Shown: positions 10,462 through 20,478 of the stretch, piece after piece | How the letters are laid out: the number at the start of each line of letters is the position of its first letter | Numbering within the stretch: the stretch's first letter is position 1 | IMG/VR virus record: IMGVR_UViG_3300046733_001096 | Location: 1-64,000 of that record | Direction: 5' to 3' (one strand) | Source of the DNA: a virus | DNA: 64,000 bases | Notes under the pieces: generated by a model | The model's database searches: none | What the model saw: the letters and a program-made list of their open reading frames with translations, nothing else | Told to the model about the DNA's origin: nothing | Position numbers and translations under genes: made by a program

Positions 10462-10865
10462 TTACATAATCCTGCTAACAACTGGTAATGATCCCACGCT
10501 AGTTTCACTGCAGGTTCCATATCTTTTTCTCTTAAATTTATCTGATACCAATGAGCAGATGATGCCATAGTCTGAATTTCTATCGCTCTACTAGGATTAA
10601 CTTTATCTCTTGTAACAATAGTTCCGTTATCTTTTAACTCAACAATTAAATTATACACAGTATCATAATCGAACAAGTGCAATAAATTTTTACCTTGACT
10701 CCAGTGTACTGTCATTGGATCTAATTGATTATTCCACCAATTTTCTGCCATACTTGAGTTAGAGAAATTAATATTATAAGTTATAATTGAAAACACTTCG
10801 GAGATATCTACTTTTTCACAAAGTAAATCACTCACGCAAAATTCAAGATTTGTACCCAATATCAT
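10458..10865 (-). CDS. Hypothetical protein, paralog of 10069..10461
   Basis: Same shared motifs as 10069..10461. Confidence 0.7.
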   Translation of the reverse strand: MILGTNLEFCVSDLLCEKVDISEVFSIITYNINFSNSSMAENWWNNQLDPMTVHWSQGKNLLHLFDYDTVYNLIVELKDNGTIVTRDKVNPSRAIEIQTMASSAHWYQINLREKDMEPAVKLAWDHYQLLAGLCK

Positions 10866-11398
10866 CTTGTCAATTGTAACTCACTGTAAACTTCTTGGAT
10901 GCACATACTTTGTACTCTGCAATCTTCTAGTGCATTATGTGCTGCAAACTTAAACTTTTTACGAGGGTCTTCAGGCATTAAACCAAATAAGGTTCTACTA
11001 TCTCGTATGTTCCAGAATACCCAATTAAAGTGGGCATCATATTGCCTATATAAGTTTTCTAATATACATATATCAAAGACAGGGCCTTGACACCAAATTT
11101 TATCTGCACCAGTTAACCATTTATTTAACTCTTTTAGTGTGGTTTCAACACTTGTACGATTGTGATCGCCCAATGCTTCATCAACAATTTCATCGGGCTG
11201 TGTTCCCCACCACTGTAAAGTGTCAGATTCTATATCTCTGCCTTTAGAAGTTTGGTCTTCTATTTCTAACCTATAGTAAAACTCACTATGTGGATCTACT
11301 TTTGTAAATGGATCAAATTTGATACCACCGATAGTTAACACAACCGCATCTGGCTTTGTACTCAATGTTTCAATATCAATCGTTGCGTGTGTGGTCAT
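10862..11398 (-). CDS. DEDDh 3'-5' exonuclease (phage exonuclease/DUF5051-like)
   Basis: IDIETL, FDICILE, RDSRT, HNALEDC motifs. Confidence 0.85.
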   Translation of the reverse strand: MTTHATIDIETLSTKPDAVVLTIGGIKFDPFTKVDPHSEFYYRLEIEDQTSKGRDIESDTLQWWGTQPDEIVDEALGDHNRTSVETTLKELNKWLTGADKIWCQGPVFDICILENLYRQYDAHFNWVFWNIRDSRTLFGLMPEDPRKKFKFAAHNALEDCRVQSMCIQEVYSELQLTR

Positions 11399-12128
11399 CT
11401 ATACCTCTTAGTGTGTTATTCGTTTTTATAACTTGTCTTATGATATCACTGTCCGAAAATTCTAAAAATGCTTCTGTATCTTTGGGAAAACAATGTCCGC
11501 CGTATCCTAATCCACCTTCATCATTTGGTGCACTCATATGTGATGGACCAATATTTTCAAATTTGCTTAGAATACTTATCATACTTGAATGGTCATATAT
11601 ATCATTTAGTTGATTATATATTTCATGGAAGAACGCAACCTTTAAAGCAAGCCAATTATTGTGAACATATTTCACCATACTAGCAGTGCTACGATCTGTA
11701 TATATAAATTCTGCATTAGGAAGATAATTAAAAACTTGTTCCCATTTGTAGCATTGCATTTGATTGCCGCCAAGAATAAAATGAGTTTGGTTATCAAAGT
11801 CTTGTTGCGCAGAATTTGCTCTTATAAATTCTGGATTATATGTTACATTTTTCCCATATGTGTTTAACATTGATGGTATCACGGTAGACTTTAGAAGCAC
11901 AGAGAGGTCCCCTAATTGCGCTAGTACTGAAAGTATCATACTATCATCACACTTACCGTTAACAGTTGGCGTAGGCAAGCATACAATCGCTCCGCTTGCT
12001 TGTTCTAAATAATCTTCTATTTTATTATCATTGTATTTGGGATCAATACGAATGACATTGGTGCCATTATCTTCCAAACTTTTTGCTACTACTTCACCTA
12101 CATAACCACATCCAACAATGAGTATCAT
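11376..12128 (-). CDS. UDP-glucose/GDP-mannose dehydrogenase-like (lacks the C-terminal domain)
   Basis: GCGYVG, KSTV, NPEF, KYVHN..LALKV, GYGGHCFPKD. Confidence 0.85.
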   Translation of the reverse strand: MILIVGCGYVGEVVAKSLEDNGTNVIRIDPKYNDNKIEDYLEQASGAIVCLPTPTVNGKCDDSMILSVLAQLGDLSVLLKSTVIPSMLNTYGKNVTYNPEFIRANSAQQDFDNQTHFILGGNQMQCYKWEQVFNYLPNAEFIYTDRSTASMVKYVHNNWLALKVAFFHEIYNQLNDIYDHSSMISILSKFENIGPSHMSAPNDEGGLGYGGHCFPKDTEAFLEFSDSDIIRQVIKTNNTLRGIDDHTRND

Positions 12129-12406
12129 TTATCATCCTCTTTTAACTCTTGCAATGTTTTCTTTTCTCTAATTGCATCCTGCAAGTCTAAGACTTGTTCA
12201 TTCTCTATCATTTTTATAATAGTATTTGTTGTGCCAATCTCTTGCTGAACCATGCCCAACTTGAACATTAATTTTTCTAATTCTAACTGATAAAATTCAA
12301 GTTCTTTTTCTTTTAGAGCACGTTTTTCATAAATGTCTGCCAAATTAATAATTAATTTTGGTGTGGGTATTTCTATTTCTGTTTCAGGTTGTATTATTTT
12401 CTTCAT
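12125..12406 (-). CDS. Coiled-coil hypothetical protein
   Basis: ORF with RBS, operon context. Confidence 0.55.
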   Translation of the reverse strand: MKKIIQPETEIEIPTPKLIINLADIYEKRALKEKELEFYQLELEKLMFKLGMVQQEIGTTNTIIKMIENEQVLDLQDAIREKKTLQELKEDDK

Positions 12407-12437
12407 AATGAATTACTCCTATTACTATTAGTAATTA

Positions 12438-12668
12438 TCATTTTTTTAAAATAGCCCACATCTCCTCAATTTTATGATTTTTAATATATTCATCTTCATT
12501 GGCATATGTGCTTGTTTGTTTTAATTTTTCTTCAACATACCATAAAATTTGATATAATTCTTTTTTGGCATGCCAACAATTGTATCCATCCATAGCGTGG
12601 TTACTTTCTTGAAATGCAATCTTATCTATTTCATTCTTAATACACTGTAAATCCCAATCCGTAATCAC
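12438..12668 (-). CDS. Hypothetical protein
   Basis: GTG start overlapping the DHFR stop. Confidence 0.5.
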   Translation of the reverse strand: MITDWDLQCIKNEIDKIAFQESNHAMDGYNCWHAKKELYQILWYVEEKLKQTSTYANEDEYIKNHKIEEMWAILKK

Positions 12669-13144
12669 AGTCTAGACCACACATCAACATACACACCATC
12701 TTTATGTCCACTTTCAGTCAATGTGAAATTCTCTTCAATCAACGTGCTGGGCAAAAAGGTATCACAATCATATGATCCACGAATGCGGCTCAAATGAAAT
12801 TCATCAATAATTGAAAATAATCCCATAACTAATTTTGCACCACCTATGATCCAAACATCCTGCAGTTTATTCATGTTGGTAAGTTCAGTTGCAGCTTTAT
12901 CAAACTTAATATAATGATATCCGCCCTTATCTTTGTCCTGTTCACTACTGGTAACGACAATATTATTACGATTGGGCAATGGCTTTATGGGCAAACTATC
13001 CCATGTACTTTTTCCCATCGCTATAACGCAACCAGTTGTAGTATCTTTAAACCACTTCATATCAGCAGAATTATGTGGCCACGGAAGCCCACCATCTTTG
13101 CCGATACCCCAATTTTCATCGCATGCTAGTATTACTCTAATCAA
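12665..13144 (-). CDS. folA: Dihydrofolate reductase
   Basis: GIGKDGGLPW, MGKSTWDSL, PLPNRNNIVV, IIGGA, CDTF. Confidence 0.95.
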   Translation of the reverse strand: MIRVILACDENWGIGKDGGLPWPHNSADMKWFKDTTTGCVIAMGKSTWDSLPIKPLPNRNNIVVTSSEQDKDKGGYHYIKFDKAATELTNMNKLQDVWIIGGAKLVMGLFSIIDEFHLSRIRGSYDCDTFLPSTLIEENFTLTESGHKDGVYVDVWSRL

Positions 13145-13383
13145 TGATACGTTCTCCCTTTAATAATACCCAATTGGTTTTGTCTAAAATCTGTTACTAA
13201 TTTTAATACAGCATCTATCTGGTTTGGTAATTCATCACTATCTTCTAAATGATATGGAAGTTGAATACATCTTATGTCACCATCAATATCAAATATAAAT
13301 GCATAGTCAGTAGAATCTAAATCACTCTCTTCAGCCAACCGTGTAATTTTATATTCCTTCAGCATGTTTTTGTTTTTACTCAT
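13141..13383 (-). CDS. Hypothetical protein
   Basis: Operon context. Confidence 0.5.
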   Translation of the reverse strand: MSKNKNMLKEYKITRLAEESDLDSTDYAFIFDIDGDIRCIQLPYHLEDSDELPNQIDAVLKLVTDFRQNQLGIIKGRTYH

Positions 13384-13696
13384 TGATTAAACTACTCCAG
13401 AGTTTTAATTTATTTCGCTTAACTTCTATTCTATCACGTAAATCGGCATCTGTCAATAGTCCATGTTCTACCATTAATTCAATCATACATAAAACATCGC
13501 CTGCCTCTTCTATAAGTTTATGATCCCATTTTTCATTAACTTCTTTTTTGTCACTATACTTACGAATGTGCTTCATACACACTTGTGTTAGTTCCCCACA
13601 TTCTTCTGAGGTAATAGCCATTAACTGTTGATATGTATTTATTGGTGTATTATTCATCCGAATATTGCCAGAACTATAATAATTAATAAAATCCAT
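13376..13696 (-). CDS. MazG-like NTP pyrophosphohydrolase (start probably at MNNTPIN)
   Basis: EECGEL...EEAGDV motif. Confidence 0.8.
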   Translation of the reverse strand: MDFINYYSSGNIRMNNTPINTYQQLMAITSEECGELTQVCMKHIRKYSDKKEVNEKWDHKLIEEAGDVLCMIELMVEHGLLTDADLRDRIEVKRNKLKLWSSLINE

Positions 13697-13808
13697 CCCA
13701 ACAAATTTTCTCCATCAACAAGACCTTTCTTTTTAGCACAATTATAACAGTATCTATATTTCTTTGGTGTTTTATTACTGCAAAAAAATGCATCACACGT
13801 TTTTTTAC

Positions 13809-14264
13809 TCATTTGTATGCCTTTCCAAATCCTTCTACATATAATCTATGGGTTTCAATAAACTTCCATACATTGAAATCATTGAATTTTCCATACATTC
13901 TCGCACCACGATCTCTACGTTCAAATGCAGATAATATATCATCTGATTTGTTGTCGTATAGTTCTAGTTTACCAGATAAGGTAACACGTGCATTATTCAT
14001 TTCAGTTTTATGTCTATTTTCTCCAGCGAAATAAAGTGAAACATTCTCACTGATAGTTTTAATATTAGTGGTGTGTTGACTCAAATCACTTAGCAACAAA
14101 TATATATTATCATCATCTAATAATACTGGCGTAACTTTTGATATCTCTGGAAACTTTTTACCAGTTGTGGCCATGGCAGCTTGTTGATAGTATACTAGTA
14201 AGTTCGCCACCTCGTCCTTAACTGTTTCAATATCATGATACATCAGTTTGTCTTCGTTTTCCAT
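13809..14264 (-). CDS. Pyridoxamine 5'-phosphate oxidase/HugZ-like split-barrel protein
   Basis: LLSDLSQHTTNI...VSL, ARVTLSG, DF, YVEGFGKAY. Confidence 0.75.
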   Translation of the reverse strand: MENEDKLMYHDIETVKDEVANLLVYYQQAAMATTGKKFPEISKVTPVLLDDDNIYLLLSDLSQHTTNIKTISENVSLYFAGENRHKTEMNNARVTLSGKLELYDNKSDDILSAFERRDRGARMYGKFNDFNVWKFIETHRLYVEGFGKAYK

Positions 14265-14402
14265 CGCTTACACCAGTTCCTACTACCTTTTTACTTCCAC
14301 AATTCTTACAATAACTTATATTAACAACAAAATTTAACCCATCAGCATTGATTATCTGGCAGGTTTTGCTTAATTCTAAATTCATACAACAATGCATAAT
14401 AC

Positions 14403-14624
14403 TCATTTTGTTATGAACATTCCCTCACTTTTATTTAAAGCAAGTAAAAATTCACTGAACATTTTTTGATTTATACAAATAGTCCAATGTCTATTTTCAG
14501 ATTCAACCCATTGAGAAAAATATATACCATCACTTGCAAATCTAATAATAAAATCATCGACATTATTATTTTCATCCATAATTGTTACTTTAGATAGATC
14601 AAATTCATGTTCTACTGTAAACAT
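14403..14624 (-). CDS. Hypothetical protein
   Basis: Coupled to the uvsE stop. Confidence 0.55.
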   Translation of the reverse strand: MFTVEHEFDLSKVTIMDENNNVDDFIIRFASDGIYFSQWVESENRHWTICINQKMFSEFLLALNKSEGMFITK

Positions 14625-15637
14625 TATCGTGTTTCCTCCTCAAATGGAATACTTGCTAAATTTTTTGCTTTTGCTTCTACCATGATATCAAAGTCATTGC
14701 GGAAACTACCAGCCCATTCATTAACTGCTGAATTCCACATATAATCACTGTGCGCCCTAAGTTTGCCTTTCTTATGTCCAGTTTCAATTAGTTGTTGGAA
14801 ATCTGGCTTTACATCTGTTTTATGACCAATAAGATAATCCTCACGACTACAACTGTAATGCATTGCAGGACGAACTCCGCGCCAACTGTCAATAACACGT
14901 TTGACACGGTCATCATTTGCTTCTATATACTCGCCTTCGCGGCACCAATGATGATGAATATCTAGGACAAGAGCAACATCTTTTTCTAGTTCTAAGCTAT
15001 CACTGATACCCCATTTGTTTTCGTCATTTTCGATGGTAATGCAGTTCCTTGCCTCTTGTGAGAGTTGGGGTAGGATGGCTTTGATACCGGCTGGACCTTG
15101 TCTGCCGGAGATGTGGACATTGATTTTGAAATCCTGAAATTGCTTACCATAGCCCATGTACCGTGCGATATCTGCATGATATTCAAACTCCTCTACTGAA
15201 CGCTGAACAATGTCAGGATTGTCACTTGCAAGAACACAGAATTGTCCAGGATGCATTGACATTCTAACATTGTTCAAACGTGCTTTATCACCGATATTAC
15301 TTAGCTTAGTTGCAATCATATCTGTGATATAGTTTGTTTTTGTAAGATGCCCAAAGTTTGCTTCTGTGTAAGCCGGTAGCATATCACTGCCAATACGAAG
15401 CATACGTTGTGATAGAGGAAGAGTAGAAACGTAATCAATCAAACGCTCAGTTGCATTCAGATTATGTTCAACAATATCATATACACGGTCTTGTGCTTCT
15501 TCTTGGTGTTCACGCATCCACCTGATAGTAGTACCACGATAGTTCAGTGGACCTTCTATCTCTTTGAGCATCTTGGGCTTTAGCGTTCTATCATTATGCA
15601 TGAATTTACACGCAAAGCCAACTCTTTTAATCGTCAT
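14624..15637 (-). CDS. uvsE: UV DNA damage repair endonuclease
   Basis: GFACK, RIGSD, SMHPGQFCVLAS, IENDE, DIHHH, AHSD, MVEAKAK. Confidence 0.92.
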   Translation of the reverse strand: MTIKRVGFACKFMHNDRTLKPKMLKEIEGPLNYRGTTIRWMREHQEEAQDRVYDIVEHNLNATERLIDYVSTLPLSQRMLRIGSDMLPAYTEANFGHLTKTNYITDMIATKLSNIGDKARLNNVRMSMHPGQFCVLASDNPDIVQRSVEEFEYHADIARYMGYGKQFQDFKINVHISGRQGPAGIKAILPQLSQEARNCITIENDENKWGISDSLELEKDVALVLDIHHHWCREGEYIEANDDRVKRVIDSWRGVRPAMHYSCSREDYLIGHKTDVKPDFQQLIETGHKKGKLRAHSDYMWNSAVNEWAGSFRNDFDIMVEAKAKNLASIPFEEETR

Positions 15638-15897
15638 AGTGAAGCCTTTTCATCTGTGTGAATAAATCGAATCATAGCTTCAACATACATCATTTCAGCA
15701 GGGACTACAACCGTTTTATTTATAGGAGGGTTAAACCAATGGGTGTGATAAGATTGAAATCTTTCATTACGCTTTAACCCTTTTAAAACTTTGCCACGAA
15801 TAGTCCATTTTCGTTTACCACACTCTTGATTTAATAGTTTTACAATACCGTAGAATTGTGCTCGACTTGTAAAACCAAATTCAAATTCATATGTCAT
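15634..15897 (-). CDS. Hypothetical protein
   Basis: ORF with RBS AGGTG. Confidence 0.5.
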   Translation of the reverse strand: MTYEFEFGFTSRAQFYGIVKLLNQECGKRKWTIRGKVLKGLKRNERFQSYHTHWFNPPINKTVVVPAEMMYVEAMIRFIHTDEKASL

Positions 15898-15933
15898 AGT
15901 TCACCTTTAAGTTCTATAGAAATATTATAAATG

Positions 15934-15941
15934 ATAAATAC
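15934..15941 (+). promoter_or_regulatory. T4-late-like promoter (ATAAATAC) for the 15977-20658 block
   Basis: The same box precedes many structural genes on the minus strand (323, 25748, 30506, 34211, 53693, 58932, 61733, 63725). Confidence 0.65.
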
Positions 15942-15976
15942 TTTAAAGTCAAGAAAAAACTTAAAGGAATTCAAAA

Positions 15977-17272
15977 ATGTCAAACATGAAAAATTGGAAA
16001 AACATTGTCCAATCTGCCAATCTAAGAGAATCAGATTCTGAGGACGTAAATTATACAGATCATGAAGTTTCTATGGCAAAATCTCAATTGTTGAGTAGTG
16101 TAAAAAGTTCAACACGAATTGCTAAACACCTGTCAGACAAATCTGAAGATGAAGGTATTCCAGGATGGGTAGCAAGTAAATTAACAGTAGCAGAAGATTA
16201 TTTACAAGCAGTTGCAGACTACATGGATGGCGAAGAATTACAAGAAGGCTATAAAGTTATGCCTCCAATGGATCCTAAGTATGTAGAGCGTAAAGGACTA
16301 GAAGGTCCATTCACTACACTAAGCGGTAAAGTAGTTTATTATGATCCAAAGGAAGGTTCATACTACGATCCTGATACTGATATGTATATATCATATGACG
16401 AATTCCAAGACTATGATAAAGATTATTCCGGTATGAAGAATGATAATAACGAAGTTGAAGAAGGTAATGAATTTAGTGGCGCACTAGCAAATGCTAAAAA
16501 ATCTGGCAAAAAAGAATTTAACGTTGGTGGAAAAACATACAAAGTAAAAGAAGTAGTTGAGGCAGAGGCAGAAAATGATACAAAATATGGTATTGTACGC
16601 TACCCAGATACAGCAATCTCATATATCAAAAATGATGGCAATGGCTGGGAACACATCTTTGATAAGTCATACGGCTTTGAAGGTCCTGTAGATAAAGAAG
16701 ATTTACAGTACGCAAAGAAGATTGCAAAAGAAAAGATTCCATCACGTATGTTTGAAGCAACAGACACATGTGAATGCGGATGTAACTGTGGTAAAGACGT
16801 ATGTGAATCATGCGGCAAGAAACATAGTGTAAAAGAAGATACAGTTAAGTATGAAGACCACGAGGATGACCGTGTAATACTAACAGTAGAAAAAGACAAA
16901 CTACTATACAATGGTAACCCAATTCAGAATTATGACTGGAACTCATCAGCAAAGCATATTATTTCTGATAAGTTTTATGGTCGTGCTAAATCATGGAAAG
17001 AAGTACATCAGTATCTAGTAAGATTTTTAGACAACCCAAAGGGTTTGCAATCTGCTGTTCGTCAAGTATTCAATACAAATGACGAAGGTATCCAAGTAAA
17101 TGAAACTGTAATGTTTTCAGAAGCACAGTTCGATGAAGCGGCAGGCGAAAAAGATGCTTGCTATCGTAAAGTAAAATCACGTTACAAAGTATGGCCTTCA
17201 GCGTATGCATCGGGTGCATTAGTTAAGTGTCGCAAAGTTGGTGCCGCCAATTGGGGAAATTCAAAGAAATGA
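15977..17272 (+). CDS. Modular probable internal head protein
   Basis: Short modules separated by xxE|G/A/D-type sites; Cys cluster; C-terminal KDACYRKVK..WPSAYASGALVKCRK module typical of marine T4-like phages (recalled). Confidence 0.65.
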   Translation: MSNMKNWKNIVQSANLRESDSEDVNYTDHEVSMAKSQLLSSVKSSTRIAKHLSDKSEDEGIPGWVASKLTVAEDYLQAVADYMDGEELQEGYKVMPPMDPKYVERKGLEGPFTTLSGKVVYYDPKEGSYYDPDTDMYISYDEFQDYDKDYSGMKNDNNEVEEGNEFSGALANAKKSGKKEFNVGGKTYKVKEVVEAEAENDTKYGIVRYPDTAISYIKNDGNGWEHIFDKSYGFEGPVDKEDLQYAKKIAKEKIPSRMFEATDTCECGCNCGKDVCESCGKKHSVKEDTVKYEDHEDDRVILTVEKDKLLYNGNPIQNYDWNSSAKHIISDKFYGRAKSWKEVHQYLVRFLDNPKGLQSAVRQVFNTNDEGIQVNETVMFSEAQFDEAAGEKDACYRKVKSRYKVWPSAYASGALVKCRKVGAANWGNSKK

Positions 17273-17682
17273 AGATCCGTGAAATCATTATAGAGTCTAA
17301 AGAGATTCGTACTCAAAAGCGTGACAATGGATTTACCATTGATTTGTATGATAACGGCAAGCATGTTGGACAATATACACATGCACGTGAAGATGATATT
17401 GTTCGCAATCAAGCAGAGATTTTTCCTGAGTATCGCAACAAAGGTTACGGCACAATGCTATTACTTGCCGCAATAAAAACAGCAAACGATTTAGGTTTAG
17501 ATTTTGAAGAAGATACACAAAGCCTAACACCTGCAATGAGTAGAATATATGACGAACTAGATGATAGTGGAATGATTTATGGCGGCCGTGGTGCATGGGC
17601 TATTAGTCCAAGTGGCGAAGTTGAACTTGAAGATTTTTTAACCGAAGACTTACGTGCTTGGTTTGGCAAAGGTAAAAAGTAA
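17269..17682 (+). CDS. GNAT acetyltransferase-domain protein with MKIREIIIE N-terminus
   Basis: ATGA overlap with the upstream stop favours a start at 17269; motif A IFPEYRNKGYGTMLL. Confidence 0.7.
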   Translation: MKIREIIIESKEIRTQKRDNGFTIDLYDNGKHVGQYTHAREDDIVRNQAEIFPEYRNKGYGTMLLLAAIKTANDLGLDFEEDTQSLTPAMSRIYDELDDSGMIYGGRGAWAISPSGEVELEDFLTEDLRAWFGKGKK

Positions 17683-18068
17683 TGCTTATTAAAGAAATTA
17701 TCACTGAAGCAAGAGCTACACTTTACCACGCTACATACAAACCGTTCCTAGAAAGTATTATGAAGAACGGGCTTGGTGGTAGTGGTGCTCAAACACAATG
17801 GGAAGATAGTAAGCCTGGTTATGTATACCTTGCTAAAGATCCTGAAGTTGCTCGTAGTCATGCTGAAGCAAACGAAGAAGTGCCAGACGAATACATTGAC
17901 GACATTGTTGTGTTGAGTATTGATACTAGTCAACTTGACCAGAACAATCTAGAAGATGATCCAAATGTGATGGATGACGACAGTACATTAGCATACAAAG
18001 GCGTTATCCCTACAAGTGCTTTTGTTATCAATGAAGACTTACGTGCATGGTTTGGCAAAGGCAAAAAA
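17644..18068 (+). repeat. 36-bp direct repeat (17644-17679 and 18033-18068) encoding EDLRAWFGKGKK
   Basis: 33/36 identical by direct comparison. Confidence 0.9.
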
Positions 18069-18311
18069 GGCGGTGCTGGCGGAGGTGGCTGGGATCGTTA
18101 CAATACCAAAGGCGAACGTATTGGAAAATGTGGTGATGCAAAGGATGGCGAAGGTAAGCCCAAGTGTTTATCTAAATCACGTGCTGCATCTCTGCGTGCA
18201 AGCGGTGGTAAGAAAGCAATTGCTAATGCAGTGAAACGTAAAAAAGCAAATGACCCAAATCCTGACCGTCGAGGAAAAGCAAAGAATGTGAATTCACATC
18301 CAAAAAAGTAG
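17682..18311 (+). CDS. ADP-ribosyltransferase/Tpt1-like domain fused to a basic C-terminal module
   Basis: LYHAT...SIMKNGL...YVYLAKDPEVA...VVLSID pattern of ART-fold proteins. Confidence 0.6.
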   Translation: MLIKEIITEARATLYHATYKPFLESIMKNGLGGSGAQTQWEDSKPGYVYLAKDPEVARSHAEANEEVPDEYIDDIVVLSIDTSQLDQNNLEDDPNVMDDDSTLAYKGVIPTSAFVINEDLRAWFGKGKKGGAGGGGWDRYNTKGERIGKCGDAKDGEGKPKCLSKSRAASLRASGGKKAIANAVKRKKANDPNPDRRGKAKNVNSHPKK

Positions 18312-18323
18312 AGTAATTATTAA

Positions 18324-18521
18324 ATGGCAATACAAATACCAACCAATGACCATGCAGTAACATACTGCCAGAACTGCGGGGCAGGCTCGCATTGTGGTAA
18401 TAGCAAGTATACACAATTTAAAGATTATGAATGCGATGGTGGTGAAATAAGAGAAGTAATTACATGTGGCCATTGTAATTGTAAGAAATGCAAAGGCAAC
18501 TATATACAAAAAAAGGTATAG
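18324..18521 (+). CDS. Small Cys-rich (zinc-binding) protein
   Basis: CQNCG..SHCG...CGHCNCKKC. Confidence 0.6.
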   Translation: MAIQIPTNDHAVTYCQNCGAGSHCGNSKYTQFKDYECDGGEIREVITCGHCNCKKCKGNYIQKKV

Positions 18522-18643
18522 AACTATGTATGATTCAAAGTTTGTAAATGATTATGTTTTTTATTTAAAATTACACGAACAATTACGAATGTCAACTAAT
18601 GACAGAAATAAATTTTGGTCAAAATATATGAAGGATAAAGAAA

Positions 18644-19042
18644 ATGAAAATAAATGATATTTTGAATGAGCAATCAAGTGACATTATTGAAGAAATTACA
18701 CTTGAAGAGACACAAGATTTTCATGAAGAATTTGGATATCTTGGCTATAGTGAAGATGATAGTGATTTATTTGAAGCAGAATATCAAGGGCGCACGGTTA
18801 AACTAAACAAACCTATGCGTGGCGATGTTAAAAAGTTTAAAGTATATGTAAAGAATGACAAAGGAAATGTAATCAAAGTCAACTTTGGCCACGGCGGCAC
18901 AAGTGCTAAGTCTAAAGGTGAAAAGACTATGAAAATTCGTAAGTCAAATCCTAAAGCACGTAAGAGTTTCCGTGCAAGACATAATTGTGATAATCCAGGA
19001 CCAAAAACCAAAGCACGTTATTGGTCTTGTCGTAAATGGTAA
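18644..19042 (+). CDS. Acidic-propeptide/basic probable head protein
   Basis: MKINDILNE leader, acidic N-half, basic RKSFRARHNC..ARYWSCRKW module. Confidence 0.65.
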   Translation: MKINDILNEQSSDIIEEITLEETQDFHEEFGYLGYSEDDSDLFEAEYQGRTVKLNKPMRGDVKKFKVYVKNDKGNVIKVNFGHGGTSAKSKGEKTMKIRKSNPKARKSFRARHNCDNPGPKTKARYWSCRKW

Positions 19043-19071
19043 ATGGTAAATGGTAATATACGGAGATAAAA

Positions 19072-19926
19072 ATGAATGATTATCAACATCCAAATTTAGA
19101 TAGAAACCTAATGGGAGTTCAAAATGCAATGGAATACAACGTTGCAGGTGAACCTGCTCTAAGAGTAATTGGAAATAATTTTGGTTGGGGTATTCACCTA
19201 GCCGATGGAAATATCGATGGCGTAAGTCACATTGAAAAGTTTGGCATGAATATTGATGTTGACAATGATAAAGAAACTATCTGGGACGGTGGTGGAATTT
19301 ACACATACATCGAAACAGCCGAAACACTCACTGTAACAAGTGATAGTATAAACGATGCTCCAGCAGGTTCAGGTGCTCGTACTGTAGAAATACAAGGCAT
19401 GAACCAATCAGGCGAAGTTGTTATTGAAACAGTAGACGTAGGTGCTACAACAATTGGAGCATTTAAACGTGTGTTTCGTGTTAAGGCAGTATCAGTAGGC
19501 GCAAGCGGTGTTAACGAAGGTACTATCAGTATTACTAGTGATGATACTTCAACAGTATTAGCAATCATTGGTGTAGACGGTACAGGCGCAAATGCCGCAG
19601 GACGTGGACAAACATTTATGGCACAATATACAATTCCAGCAGGCAAAACAGGATACATTACACAATGGACTGTTGGTGCTGGTAAACAAAACACAGATGC
19701 TATTGCAATGCTTATGACACGTGATCCAGATGCATCAGGCAACGGCGCTTGGAATGCACGTGATATCATTACAGTGAGTGCAACAACGTATGCAAAGAAC
19801 TATAACGTTCCTATCAAAGTAAACGCAGAAGATGATATTGAAATTCGTGCTTATAGTAGTGTAAACAATTCACTAGTAAGTAGTTCATTTTGTGTGATAC
19901 TAATTGACATTCCAGAAATAGAATGA
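19072..19926 (+). CDS. Probable virion structural protein (beta-rich)
   Basis: Gly/Thr/Ala-rich, YTIPAGKTGYI motif; late block. Confidence 0.55.
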   Translation: MNDYQHPNLDRNLMGVQNAMEYNVAGEPALRVIGNNFGWGIHLADGNIDGVSHIEKFGMNIDVDNDKETIWDGGGIYTYIETAETLTVTSDSINDAPAGSGARTVEIQGMNQSGEVVIETVDVGATTIGAFKRVFRVKAVSVGASGVNEGTISITSDDTSTVLAIIGVDGTGANAAGRGQTFMAQYTIPAGKTGYITQWTVGAGKQNTDAIAMLMTRDPDASGNGAWNARDIITVSATTYAKNYNVPIKVNAEDDIEIRAYSSVNNSLVSSSFCVILIDIPEIE

Positions 19927-19930
19927 CACT

Positions 19931-20455
19931 ATGTTTTCATTTGATATCGAAAATATAACCAAAGGTATAGGTATAGTGAGTGCATCATTAGCAATGCTAG
20001 GCGGTGGCTATACATTTTGGGATAAAGTGTCTAACAAAGATATTCTTACTTGGGAACCTGAATATTTTGTGATATCTGATGCGCCAGTCAATGGCGAATT
20101 TAAAGTAATTGTTGCTAGAGAAAAGCATAGAGATGATTGCACAGTTAAAAACTTTACATTAGAAGTACGAGATGTAGACTACATAGTACATCCTGCAAAA
20201 CCAAGTGTAACAAAATTCTCTGGCCCGGCAAGTGATAAAGTTGATAAGTTTGGATTTTCTTTTGTAATAGAAGGTAATCATTTAGAGCATATTACAATAG
20301 GCAATGCAACGTTGTTGGCACAAATACATTATCTATGTCCTGAAGGAGATGTTTTTATACATTATCCAGACCATGATAATTTAAGATTTGAAATTGAAGA
20401 ATTTGATAATAGTATAGAGGATCCTAGAAAAGCAAAACATCATATGGGTCACTGA
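19931..20455 (+). CDS. Membrane-anchored hypothetical protein
   Basis: N-terminal TM segment. Confidence 0.55.
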   Translation: MFSFDIENITKGIGIVSASLAMLGGGYTFWDKVSNKDILTWEPEYFVISDAPVNGEFKVIVAREKHRDDCTVKNFTLEVRDVDYIVHPAKPSVTKFSGPASDKVDKFGFSFVIEGNHLEHITIGNATLLAQIHYLCPEGDVFIHYPDHDNLRFEIEEFDNSIEDPRKAKHHMGH

Positions 20456-20478
20456 TAAGATAATAGAGGGGAAATAAT

